From an uncultured bacterium (GTDB lineage Bacteria; Zixibacteria; MSB-5A5; UBA10806): 64,000 nt of DNA. Shown one piece after another: positions 9,648 through 19,177 of this stretch (position 1 is the first letter of the stretch; the number at the start of each line of letters is the position of its first letter). The DNA is taken from assembly GCA_965541585.1 (NCBI GenBank), contig CBEUCH010000007.1:64001-128000 (forward strand). Direction: 5' to 3'. Position numbers and translations under genes: made by a program. The notes beneath the pieces were generated by a model. The model made no database searches and was not told the DNA's origin. It worked only from the letters and a program-made list of their open reading frames with translations.

Positions 9648-11183
9648 GTGTTAGCCACCATAACCTCATCGGCTGTTTTCGGGATAGACTCCTACCTGGT
9701 TCAGGTCGAGGTCGATGTGTCGTCTCAATTACCGGCATTTACCACGGTCGGCCTGCCGGAGGCGGCAGTCAAGGAATCCAAAGAGAGAGTCACGGCGGCG
9801 GTTAAGAATTCCGGTTTTATGTTTCCCAGCCGCAGAGTGACGGTCAATCTGGCGCCGGCGGATGTCCGAAAAACCGGGACGGCATTCGATCTGCCTATGG
9901 CGGTGGGGATTCTGGCTGCCACCGGCCAGATCGCCAGGAAAGAGTTCGATGATATAGTCATTCTCGGTGAACTTTCTCTTGACGGTTCCGTTCGGCCGGT
10001 TCCCGGAGTGCTGTCCATGGCGGTTGGCGTGGGCAAGGGTGAGATCCGATCCATGCTGGTGCCTGTTGAGAACGCCTCGGAGGCTGCCATCGCCGATAAG
10101 GCCGAAATAATCCCGATTAAGAATCTCAGCGAGGCAGTCGACTTTCTGGAGAAAGGCGATACGATAATCCCCCATAAGGTCGACGCCCCGGAGTTTTTCA
10201 AGTCGCATCGCAGATTCGAAATAGATTTTGCCGACGTCAAGGGGCAGGAGCATACCAAGCGCGCCCTGGAGGTAGCCGCCGCCGGAGGGCACAATATAGT
10301 GATGATAGGACCGCCGGGGTCGGGCAAGACCATGCTCGCCAAACGTATTCCCACCATCCTCCCGGATCTGACATTGGCCGAGGCTCTGGAAACCACCAAG
10401 ATCTATTCGGTTGGGGGGCATCTTATGCCGAACCAGGCCTTGGTGGGGACCCGGCCGTTTCGCGCACCGCACCACACAATCTCGGAGGTCGGCCTGACCG
10501 GGGGGACGGGACTTCTCCTGCCGGGGGAGGTCAGCCTTTCACATAATGGAGTCTTATTCTTAGACGAGCTTCCGGAGTTCAATAAATCTGCGCTGGAAAC
10601 CCTGAGACAGCCACTCGAAAACGGCTGGGTGACGATAACGAGGGCATCGGGCTCGGTAACCTATCCGGCCTATTTTATGCTGGCGGCGGCTCTGAACCCC
10701 TGCCCCTGCGGCTATTTCGGCGATCCGCATCATTCCTGCAATTGCTCGCCGGGACACATCCAGCGCTATGTCTCCAAAATCTCCGGGCCGCTTTTAGACA
10801 GGATCGATATTCATATCGAGGTGCCCGCGGTCAAATTCACAGAGCTTTCAAGCGATTCTACCGGTGAACCATCGGAGGAGATCAGAAAGCGGGTAAACCG
10901 AGCCCGGCGGTTGCAGCTTGAGAGATTTCAAAAGCTCGAGGGTATGTACTGCAATGCTAAGATGGAGACCAAATTGATCCGCAAAATATGCAAAATCGAT
11001 AATAATTCTCTGGCCTTGCTCAAAACTGCCATCACGAGACTGGGCCTCTCGGCGCGAGCTTACGACCGTATTTTAAAGGTGTCCCGGACGATTGCCGATC
11101 TGGAGGGCGCCGATGATATATCCTCGGCCCATATCTCCGAGGCGATTGGGTATCGGAACCTGGACAGGAATTACTGGCAGTAA
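9648..11183 (+). CDS. comM: YifB/ComM Mg-chelatase-like AAA+ ATPase
   Basis: VNLAPAD, GPPGSGKTMLA, RAPHHT, LFLDELPEF, NPCPCG, LSARAYDRIL. Confidence 0.9.
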   Translation: MLATITSSAVFGIDSYLVQVEVDVSSQLPAFTTVGLPEAAVKESKERVTAAVKNSGFMFPSRRVTVNLAPADVRKTGTAFDLPMAVGILAATGQIARKEFDDIVILGELSLDGSVRPVPGVLSMAVGVGKGEIRSMLVPVENASEAAIADKAEIIPIKNLSEAVDFLEKGDTIIPHKVDAPEFFKSHRRFEIDFADVKGQEHTKRALEVAAAGGHNIVMIGPPGSGKTMLAKRIPTILPDLTLAEALETTKIYSVGGHLMPNQALVGTRPFRAPHHTISEVGLTGGTGLLLPGEVSLSHNGVLFLDELPEFNKSALETLRQPLENGWVTITRASGSVTYPAYFMLAAALNPCPCGYFGDPHHSCNCSPGHIQRYVSKISGPLLDRIDIHIEVPAVKFTELSSDSTGEPSEEIRKRVNRARRLQLERFQKLEGMYCNAKMETKLIRKICKIDNNSLALLKTAITRLGLSARAYDRILKVSRTIADLEGADDISSAHISEAIGYRNLDRNYWQ

Positions 11184-11245
11184 GGAGATTCAATTGGCCG
11201 AATTGCGCTTGACTTTCGCTCAGAATCCCGCCTTTTTTTAAAATT

Positions 11246-11932
11246 ATGGATTTTTCGCCCACTCAGGTCACCTCAATCGCTCTTGTAGTGATAGCCGGAA
11301 CGGCGATCAGTATTCTCTCGTGCGTCGATAAGGCCACCGATGGTCACGGCGTATTCGACGTCTACGGCCGGGTGGTATATCGTCCGCCATTGTACGCCTC
11401 ATCGGCGGAATTCCATATTTATAGCAACGGTGAAGCTGTAACCGGCGCAATTATAACGGTTGAGGAAGATGTTATCCCGGTGGTGGATACGGCATTCGGG
11501 TATTACAGTCTTCCGCTGGAGATACAAATCGGTGATACTCTGGAATATTCGGTCAGCTCGGAATTTGGCTCGCTCTTCGGCAGCGTCATAATCCCCGACA
11601 CGGCGCAGATTATCCAACCCCTCGAGGGCGATACTCTAATATTCGGTCTGGCTTTCACTGCAAGCTGGCAAAGGGTCTCCGAGGCCGATGGTTACTATTC
11701 TTATCTTGAGAACCAGGCGGGATTCGTGGCGGCGGTCACCGAGATCTATTTTGATACCACCGCTATCCTGCCCGGAGAGTATTTTTTCGAATCCGGTTTC
11801 GACAATTTCTGGCTCGAGACCCTGACCGGGAATATCGTTAGAGGGTCCACGCCGGATGGCAGGATCCTCCCGCGCGGCGTTGTGGGTTCTGCCGGCAGTT
11901 ATAGAGAGGTATATATAGATTTTGCAGACTAA
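11246..11932 (+). CDS. Hypothetical lipoprotein
   Basis: Hydrophobic N-terminus ending ILSC (lipobox-like); beta-rich, acidic. Confidence 0.55.
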   Translation: MDFSPTQVTSIALVVIAGTAISILSCVDKATDGHGVFDVYGRVVYRPPLYASSAEFHIYSNGEAVTGAIITVEEDVIPVVDTAFGYYSLPLEIQIGDTLEYSVSSEFGSLFGSVIIPDTAQIIQPLEGDTLIFGLAFTASWQRVSEADGYYSYLENQAGFVAAVTEIYFDTTAILPGEYFFESGFDNFWLETLTGNIVRGSTPDGRILPRGVVGSAGSYREVYIDFAD

Positions 11933-11978
11933 AGATCAGCTTGTTTCCAATGGAAATAAGAAAAAAAGCGAGTAGCAA

Positions 11979-13382
11979 ATGACCGATATGCAAAAAACGA
12001 TCAGAAAGCCAGCCTCGTTTTCCGGGATTGGCCTTCACACCGGCGTTGAGACAACGATAACCTTCAGGCCGGCGCCTATCAATCACGGAATAACGTTTAT
12101 ACGGACCGACCTGGAGGACTGCCCGGAGATTCCCGCCGACGTCGATCATGTAGTCGACCTTAAGCGTGGCACGACTCTCGGTTTTAACGGCATCAAGGTT
12201 CACACGGTGGAGCATGTGCTGGCGGCGATTGCGGGATTGCAGGTAGACAACCTGAAGGTGGAGTTGTCGAATTCGGAGCCGCCGGTGGGGGATGGTTCCG
12301 CCTGGCATTTTGTGGAAGCGATAACAGAGGCAGGGATAGTCGAACAGGACGCTCCCAGGGAATATCTCCAGATTGATGAGCATATAACGTATACCGAAAG
12401 AGAACGCGGTGTTGATCTGGTAGTCGTGCCATCGGATAGATTGCGCATAACATTTATGGTTGATTATAAAAATCCCGCCCTGGGAACTCAATACACCACG
12501 CTGGTCGATTTAGATAAGGAATTCATCGAGGATTTTTCCAAAGCTCGAACCTTCTGCTTCCTGACCGAAGTGGAACAGTTGCTTGAGGCGGACCTGATCA
12601 AGGGCGGCAGCCTGGACAATGCCATAGTCATTATAGATGAAAACCTTACGGATAAGAGAGCAAAGAACCTCGGTGAGAAGTTTAAAGAAAAGCGAAAAAT
12701 ATTCGCCGGGAAAAGCGGGATATTAAATGATACTCCCTTGAGATACTACAATGAACCTGTCAGGCACAAGGCGCTCGATCTTCTGGGAGATCTGTTCCTT
12801 ATAGGAGTCCCGTTGAAAGCTCATATCCTGGCAGCGCGCTCGGGACACGCCGCCAATGTTGCACTGGCCCGTAAGATTCGAACCATCTACCAGAAGCAGC
12901 TTCTGTCGGCCAAATATCAAAAGGGGAAAACGGAGGGCAAATTTCTGCTCGATATCAATGCCATTTTAAAGATTATGCCGCACCGTTATCCATTTCTGAT
13001 GATTGATAGAGTTCTGGATATGGAGGGTTCGTCCAGGATCGTGGCCATTAAAAATGTAACCGTAAACGAACCGTATTTCTCCGGCCATTTTCCGGGAAAG
13101 CCGGTCATGCCGGGGGTGATGATCGTGGAGGCCATGGCGCAGACCGGAGGGCTTCTGCTTCTGAATGCCATTGACGATCCGGACAATAAGCTGGCGTATT
13201 TCATGGGCATCGATGGCGTGAAATTCAGAAAACCGGTAACACCCGGCGATCAGCTCAGGATGGAGATCGAGATGTTGAGTTTCAAGCGGTCGACCATCAA
13301 GATTGCCGGCAAGGCATTCGTCGATGGGAAAGTTGTCGCCGAAGGCACATTTCTGGCGGTAGTAGTTGATAAAGATGGGTGA
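11979..13382 (+). CDS. lpxC/fabZ: Bifunctional LpxC deacetylase / FabZ dehydratase
   Basis: GIGLHTG, TVEHVLAA, RHKALD (LpxC); PHRYPFL, FSGHFPGKPVMPGV..EAMAQ (FabZ). Confidence 0.95.
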   Translation: MTDMQKTIRKPASFSGIGLHTGVETTITFRPAPINHGITFIRTDLEDCPEIPADVDHVVDLKRGTTLGFNGIKVHTVEHVLAAIAGLQVDNLKVELSNSEPPVGDGSAWHFVEAITEAGIVEQDAPREYLQIDEHITYTERERGVDLVVVPSDRLRITFMVDYKNPALGTQYTTLVDLDKEFIEDFSKARTFCFLTEVEQLLEADLIKGGSLDNAIVIIDENLTDKRAKNLGEKFKEKRKIFAGKSGILNDTPLRYYNEPVRHKALDLLGDLFLIGVPLKAHILAARSGHAANVALARKIRTIYQKQLLSAKYQKGKTEGKFLLDINAILKIMPHRYPFLMIDRVLDMEGSSRIVAIKNVTVNEPYFSGHFPGKPVMPGVMIVEAMAQTGGLLLLNAIDDPDNKLAYFMGIDGVKFRKPVTPGDQLRMEIEMLSFKRSTIKIAGKAFVDGKVVAEGTFLAVVVDKDG

Positions 13383-13392
13383 GGAGATATCC

Positions 13393-14163
13393 GTGAAGCG
13401 GCATCCCACGGCGATAATCTCGTCAAAAGCTGAAATAGGCAAGGATGTTGCAATTGGGCCATACTCCACAATCGAGGACGATGTCGTTATTGGCGATGGC
13501 TGTTTTATCGATTCGGGCGTTTCAGTGAAATCCGGCGCCAGAATCGGCAATAACGTAAAAGCATATCATGGCGCGGCAATCGCCGGCCCACCACAAGACC
13601 TGAAATTCGCAGGAGAGAAATCGGAGTTGATCGTTGGCGATAACACCATTATCAGAGAATTTGTCACGCTCAATAGGGGCACCAGGGCCTACGGGAAAAC
13701 AGAGATCGGGAAGAACTGCCTGTTTATGGCTTACTCGCATGCCGCCCATGACTGCATTATAGGTGATAATGTAATTCTGGCCAATTCCGTTCAGATGGGG
13801 GGGCATGTGGAAATCGGCGACTGGGTCATAATCGGCGGAGGCACTGTGATACACCAGTTTTCGTTGATCGGGGAGCACGCCATGATCGGGGGAGGGTTCA
13901 GGATTACCCAGGATATTCTGCCTTACTGCATAGTTGCGGGCTATCCATTGCGGTGCCTGGGGGTCAACTCCACAGGTTTGAAGCGGCGGGATTTTTCGGA
14001 GGAGAAAATCGCGACGTTGAAAAAGCTTTTCCGGTATCTGATGTCTAAGAAAATGAATACCAGGCAGACCCTCGAGAAAATCGAACAAGAAATAGAAAAG
14101 ACCCCCGAGGTAGTGAATGTTCTTGAATTTATGAGTAAGAGCGAACGCGGGGTGATAAAATAG
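13393..14163 (+). CDS. lpxA: Acyl-ACP--UDP-GlcNAc O-acyltransferase
   Basis: Hexapeptide repeats, PQDLKF, IREFVTLNRGT, HAAHDC; start GTG 13393 after GAGGAG (ATG 13375 alternative). Confidence 0.93.
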   Translation: MKRHPTAIISSKAEIGKDVAIGPYSTIEDDVVIGDGCFIDSGVSVKSGARIGNNVKAYHGAAIAGPPQDLKFAGEKSELIVGDNTIIREFVTLNRGTRAYGKTEIGKNCLFMAYSHAAHDCIIGDNVILANSVQMGGHVEIGDWVIIGGGTVIHQFSLIGEHAMIGGGFRITQDILPYCIVAGYPLRCLGVNSTGLKRRDFSEEKIATLKKLFRYLMSKKMNTRQTLEKIEQEIEKTPEVVNVLEFMSKSERGVIK

Positions 14164-15152
14164 ATTCCGGAATCCGGGTCGGTCTTGTTGGATGCGGTCA
14201 TATGGGTCGCTTTCATGCCACCAGGTTGGTCGAGCAAAGCTCGATTGAATTCGTGGGCTGCCACGATATAGACGCCTCCAGGTCTGCTTCTTTTGCTAAA
14301 GAATATAGGATTAAGTGCTTCGACAGTATAGAATCGATTGTCGGTGAGATAGACGCTGTCAGCATAGCAGTGCCCACTATCAGCCACTATGAAGTGGCAT
14401 CGAAGTTTCTCGAGGCTGGTGTGGCCGTTCTCCTCGAGAAACCGATTGCCCACGATCTCGAATCCGCAGAAAGACTGGCATCGCTTTCAGAGGAGAAGGA
14501 TGTCGTTCTGCAAATCGGCCATTCAGAACGATTCAATCCGGCGTTTATGGCCGTGGAGAGCGGGATTTCCGACCCGAAATTCATCGAGACTCATCGCTTA
14601 GCGCCGTTTAAGGGTCGAGGGGATGATGTTGCAGTTATTCTCGACCTCATGATTCATGATCTTGACCTGATTCTTGCCATGACCGGGACAATGCCCTATA
14701 AAATAGATGCCGCCGGGGTTGCGGTGCTGACCGACACGGTGGATATCGCCAACGCGCGTCTCTCGTTTCAGGGTGGCTGTGTGGCGAACATAACAGCCAG
14801 CCGGATCTCCATCAAAGAGATGAGAAAACTCCGGGTTTTTCAAAAATCAGGATATACGTCAATAGACATGGCGGCTCGTGAGGCCGAGCAGTATCGGGTG
14901 GTCAATAGCGATGATGAGGCATATAAGAAGGCCTCGATTTTAGCCAGATTCAATCTCCCTGATGGCCGAGCAGTAGTGCGCAATTCAGTAGAGATACCGC
15001 CGGGGGATAATCTGAAATATGAGATATCATCGTTTGTCGAAGCCGTCAAAGGCGAGCATCAGCCCGTGGTTTCCGGTCGAGACGGCCTCAATGTCCTGCG
15101 AGTAGCCACTCAAATCGAGAGTCTCTGCCGGGATTACCTCAGAAGCCTTTGA
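14160..15152 (+). CDS. Gfo/Idh/MocA oxidoreductase, GnnA-like (probable non-canonical start)
   Basis: EKPIA, GHSERFNP, DLMIHD; Rossmann motif IRVGLVGCGHMG lies upstream of the first ATG (14202); located between lpxA and lpxB. Confidence 0.8.
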   Translation: MDSGIRVGLVGCGHMGRFHATRLVEQSSIEFVGCHDIDASRSASFAKEYRIKCFDSIESIVGEIDAVSIAVPTISHYEVASKFLEAGVAVLLEKPIAHDLESAERLASLSEEKDVVLQIGHSERFNPAFMAVESGISDPKFIETHRLAPFKGRGDDVAVILDLMIHDLDLILAMTGTMPYKIDAAGVAVLTDTVDIANARLSFQGGCVANITASRISIKEMRKLRVFQKSGYTSIDMAAREAEQYRVVNSDDEAYKKASILARFNLPDGRAVVRNSVEIPPGDNLKYEISSFVEAVKGEHQPVVSGRDGLNVLRVATQIESLCRDYLRSL

Positions 15153-16282
15153 AAGATTCCATTCTAATAATTGCCGGTGAGGTCTCGGGCGACAATGTCG
15201 GGGGCCTGCTGGCGGCGGAGCTAAAACTCCTTCGACCAGACATTGAACTGTTCGGGCTCGGGGGCGACCGGATGGATGTTTCGGGAGTTGATATTAGATA
15301 TCATGTAAATCAGCTTTCCTTTCTCGGTTTCTGGGAAGTTCTAAAACATATCCCGTTTATCAAAAAAGTGGAAAGAGATTTATCGGGCCAGATCATGGAA
15401 CGGAAACCCTCCCTGGCGGTCCTTATAGATTACCCCGGTTTCAATCTAAGGCTGGCCAGGAAACTCAAAGCGCTGAATATCCCTGTCATGTATTATGTCA
15501 GCCCCCAGGTCTGGGCGTGGGGACGGGGGCGTATCGCGAAAATCAAAAAGCTGGTGAATAAGATGGTGGTCGTTTTTCATTTTGAAAAAGAGATGTATTC
15601 TAAAGAAGGGATGGAAGTTGAATGGCATGGTCATCCGCTTATGGAAATTGTCAGATCTCGCTATGAGCGCGCTGAGTTTATGGGAAAGCTGGGAGTTGAG
15701 TCCGGCCTGAAATATATTAGCATCCTTCCCGGATCGAGAAAGCAGGAAATAGAGAAAATATTACCGGTAATGAAAAAGGCCCTTGAGATATCGTCGTCAG
15801 CGGGTCGCGGTTTGCGTGGGATCGTCGGATGCGCTCCCGGAATTGATATTGATTTCTATCGGAATATCTGCGGCCATGACATGCTATATGTTCAAGGTTT
15901 TATATACGATCTTATGAAATATGCAGAATTGAACCTGGTGGCATCGGGAACTGCGACCCTCGAATGCGCCATACTTGAGAAACCTCTTTTCATATTGTAT
16001 AAGACCTCTGCAGTAACGTACATGATCGCCAAAAGGCTGGTGAAGATTCCCTACGTCGGCCTGGTGAACGTTGTGGCCGGGGAAAAGATCGTGCCGGAAT
16101 TTATCCAGAAGGATTGCAGGAGTGATCTTATCGCCGGGGAGATCGAGTTGTTTTTCGCGGACGGCGATTACAGGCACCGGATGTTGAAACGTCTATCATC
16201 AGTGAAGGATAAGCTGGGCGCAGCGGGCGCATCAAAGAAGGTCGCCGAGACGGCCCTGGGAATGATGGCCTCGCCCCGGTGA
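15149..16282 (+). CDS. lpxB: Lipid-A-disaccharide synthase
   Basis: AGEVSGD, IDYPGFN, YVSPQVWAW, LPGSRKQEI, SGTATLE. Confidence 0.95.
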   Translation: MKDSILIIAGEVSGDNVGGLLAAELKLLRPDIELFGLGGDRMDVSGVDIRYHVNQLSFLGFWEVLKHIPFIKKVERDLSGQIMERKPSLAVLIDYPGFNLRLARKLKALNIPVMYYVSPQVWAWGRGRIAKIKKLVNKMVVVFHFEKEMYSKEGMEVEWHGHPLMEIVRSRYERAEFMGKLGVESGLKYISILPGSRKQEIEKILPVMKKALEISSSAGRGLRGIVGCAPGIDIDFYRNICGHDMLYVQGFIYDLMKYAELNLVASGTATLECAILEKPLFILYKTSAVTYMIAKRLVKIPYVGLVNVVAGEKIVPEFIQKDCRSDLIAGEIELFFADGDYRHRMLKRLSSVKDKLGAAGASKKVAETALGMMASPR

Positions 16283-16317
16283 TTGACATCCTTGATGATT
16301 TGAAATAATTTTGGGTC

Positions 16318-16953
16318 ATGGATTTGAATTATTCACTCGGTCAGAGGATAAAGCTAATATTGGCGTCTATCCTGGGGCCGTTTCTGATCTTGCTGTACGG
16401 CTGGACGTGGCGGCTGCGATGGGACGGAGTTGAGAATCTCCAGGATGCGCGCCGGGTTTCGGATAAGGTCATATTGGCGACCTGGCATTCAAGGCTGCTG
16501 GGGTTAACCTATGCTCATCGATTCCGTAATATCGGAATAATGGTTTCCAAATCGTTCGATGGTGAGTGGATCGCCAGAATAGTGGCACGTCTCGGTTACC
16601 GTGTCTTCAGAGGTTCCACAGGCAAAGACGGTGTGACCGCACTTTTGCAAATGCTTAGAAGCGAAAACGGCGATCTTGCGCTGACGGTGGATGGGCCGCG
16701 AGGCCCGGCAGAAAAGGTGAAACAGGGCGCAATATCTCTGGCATCGAACGGCAAACTACCGATTGTTCCGATTACCTTTTTGGCCGGCAGTGCCTGGAGG
16801 TTGAGATCGTGGGATCGCTTTATGATCCCCAGGCCGTTCAGCGTCGTCACCGCTGTCTACGGCAGGCATATAATTGTCCCGGAAGATCTGGATAAAAAGA
16901 TTATAAAAAAGTTGTCTTTGGACGTTGAGATGGAGCTAAAGAGAATAGGATAA
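16318..16953 (+). CDS. DUF374 lysophospholipid acyltransferase family (LpxJ-like)
   Basis: WHSR, SKSFDGE, RGS, TVDGPRGP, SWDRFMIPRPF; lipid A operon context. Confidence 0.8.
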   Translation: MDLNYSLGQRIKLILASILGPFLILLYGWTWRLRWDGVENLQDARRVSDKVILATWHSRLLGLTYAHRFRNIGIMVSKSFDGEWIARIVARLGYRVFRGSTGKDGVTALLQMLRSENGDLALTVDGPRGPAEKVKQGAISLASNGKLPIVPITFLAGSAWRLRSWDRFMIPRPFSVVTAVYGRHIIVPEDLDKKIIKKLSLDVEMELKRIG

Positions 16954-16955
16954 CC

Positions 16956-18203
16956 TTGTTACTTTTGTATCGCATTCTATCTGCAGTTGCCCTGATTCTC
17001 GGGTCGCCTTTTCTATTGGTCAAAGCGATCGTGGGGAGGCATGGTATCCGGGAAAGATTCGGGTATATCAAGAAAAGGGAATCGTCCGGCAAGCTTTTCT
17101 GGTTTCATGCGGCATCGGTCGGGGAGTTGAAGATTATATCATCCGTGATGCCGCAGATCGGTAAGCTAAACAGCGATATTGATTTTGCCGTTTCGACTAC
17201 AACTGCAAGCGGCAAAAGAAGAGCAAAAGAGCTTTTCGGGAATAGAGCATTCATATTTTTACAACCATTAGAATTAGCATCGGCTATTAAAAGAGTACTG
17301 AGCGCCTTAAATCCGGATAAACTGATAATTGTGGAAACTGAAATCTGGCCTCTGCTGGTAACCGTCGCCCGCGACTCCGGCGTGGATCTGTATCTAATAA
17401 ATGCCAGAATGAGGGAGAATTCATTTAAGGCCTATAGAATAATCAAACCTCTCATCGGACCCGTTCTTGCGAAATTTATGCATATTCTATCGCAGACCGA
17501 GGCCGATACAGGCCGATTCAAGGCCTTGGGAGCGGAAAATGCGGAGACTGTCGGCAACCTGAAGTACGATCAGGTTCTCAGTAACGCCGATTCGCCACGG
17601 GCGACATTGGAAATTGCAGCAGATGATCGTTTGATATTCGTTGCCGGTTCCATCAGAAAAGGCGAGTTTGAAATCTTCGCTGATCTGATTGTGAAATCGC
17701 GGGAGCGAGAACTGAAAGTGGGTTTCGTACTTGTGCCCCGGCATATGAAGGATATTGACTTTACATGCCAGGTTTTATCGAGCCGAAAAATCCCTTTTCG
17801 TCTATGGTCCGAGATGACTGAAGCCGATGTTGATTTCGAGACGGTATTGCTGGTCAACACCATGGGGCAGTTACGCGATTTTTACCGGATCAGCGATCTG
17901 GCATTTGTGGGCGGTTCTCTGGTGCCGATCGGCGGCCATGATCCGGTGGAACCGGCGGCGCTGGGGAAACCGGTGATTTTCGGGCCGCATATGGATAATG
18001 CCGGGGAAGCCGCCGTTCTGCTTTTGAGATCGGGAGGGGCGGAAGAGGTTACAGGCGTCGATGATCTCTTAGAAGTACTTATTGATTCGATTCAAAATAA
18101 AGAGTCTCTTGCTCAAAGGGGTGAAAAAAGCAGGAATGCAGTTATCTCTATGACCGGGGCATCCAGGAGAACCGCTCATATACTCCTGGGAGATTCAAGT
18201 TGA
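16956..18203 (+). CDS. waaA: Kdo transferase
   Basis: WFHAASVGE, ETEIWP, NARM, GNLKYD, FVGGSLVPIGGH. Confidence 0.93.
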   Translation: MLLLYRILSAVALILGSPFLLVKAIVGRHGIRERFGYIKKRESSGKLFWFHAASVGELKIISSVMPQIGKLNSDIDFAVSTTTASGKRRAKELFGNRAFIFLQPLELASAIKRVLSALNPDKLIIVETEIWPLLVTVARDSGVDLYLINARMRENSFKAYRIIKPLIGPVLAKFMHILSQTEADTGRFKALGAENAETVGNLKYDQVLSNADSPRATLEIAADDRLIFVAGSIRKGEFEIFADLIVKSRERELKVGFVLVPRHMKDIDFTCQVLSSRKIPFRLWSEMTEADVDFETVLLVNTMGQLRDFYRISDLAFVGGSLVPIGGHDPVEPAALGKPVIFGPHMDNAGEAAVLLLRSGGAEEVTGVDDLLEVLIDSIQNKESLAQRGEKSRNAVISMTGASRRTAHILLGDSS

Positions 18204-19177
18204 AAGCAATACTTCTTCTACCGTTTACTTTCATTTATCGTATCATCATATTCTTCTGGGATTTTTATTGGAGGAGTAAAAAACCTGTTGCACTGCCGAC
18301 CCGTGTTATATCGGTCGGCGGCATCACTATTGGTGGTGCCGGTAAGACATCGGTTGCCGGATATATAGCGCAAAACCTGCTCTCCGGAGGCAAAGACGCC
18401 GTCGTTGTGGCGCGCGGATATAAAAGGCTGAAGACAGAGCCCGTGATTCTGACTGCCGAAAATTATTCCTCCTGGGAAGCCTGCGGCGATGAACCGGCCG
18501 CATTGGTAAAATCGGTTCCAGGGCTAACGGTATATATTGATTCGGATAAAACTGCCGCAGCGAGAAAGGCATCGGAGGTTGGTCGGGAAATAATCATTAT
18601 TGATGACGGCTTCCAGCATCGGAAGCTTAAACGCGATGTAGATATTGTGTGCCTCGATGGTATGGATCCGTTCGGAAATGGTTTCCTAATGCCATCGGGG
18701 AGACTGAGAGAGCCAAAAAAATCATTGAGCAGAGCGGATATCATAATAGTTATCGATGGGCCATCGGACAACTCGGATTACATGATGGATCTGCCTCAAG
18801 GAATACCTGTTTTCAGAGGCAAAAAGAATGTTAACTCCGTGGTGTCTCTTCAGGGAGATACAATAAACTTGAAGGGATCGAAGGTGCTGGCTTTTTGCGG
18901 TCTGGGTAATCCCCGGTCATTCCGTGAGAGCCTTCTGGAAACAGGCTGTGATATCGTTGAGCTTTTTGAATTTGGAGATCATCATAGGTACAAATCCGCC
19001 GATCTGGAGAAATTGATAAGAAGTGACAAACAGAATAACGCTGATCATATAGTAACGACGTTAAAAGATGCCGTCAAACTGGATAAAATATGGGCCCAAA
19101 ACCAGCCTCTTTATTACGTTGAGATTGAGATTGAGCTTGATAGAAAGGATGATTTTTTTAGATTGGTTGGCGTATGA
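18200..19177 (+). CDS. lpxK: Tetraacyldisaccharide 4'-kinase
   Basis: GGAGKT, RGY, GDEP, DDGFQH, PSGRLRE, FGDHH. Confidence 0.93.
   Translation: MKAILLLPFTFIYRIIIFFWDFYWRSKKPVALPTRVISVGGITIGGAGKTSVAGYIAQNLLSGGKDAVVVARGYKRLKTEPVILTAENYSSWEACGDEPAALVKSVPGLTVYIDSDKTAAARKASEVGREIIIIDDGFQHRKLKRDVDIVCLDGMDPFGNGFLMPSGRLREPKKSLSRADIIIVIDGPSDNSDYMMDLPQGIPVFRGKKNVNSVVSLQGDTINLKGSKVLAFCGLGNPRSFRESLLETGCDIVELFEFGDHHRYKSADLEKLIRSDKQNNADHIVTTLKDAVKLDKIWAQNQPLYYVEIEIELDRKDDFFRLVGV

Noticed and set aside
9725..10475. Long antisense ORFs here and at e.g. 20991-21815 and 1460-2101
   Set aside because: Shadows of well-supported genes on the opposite strand
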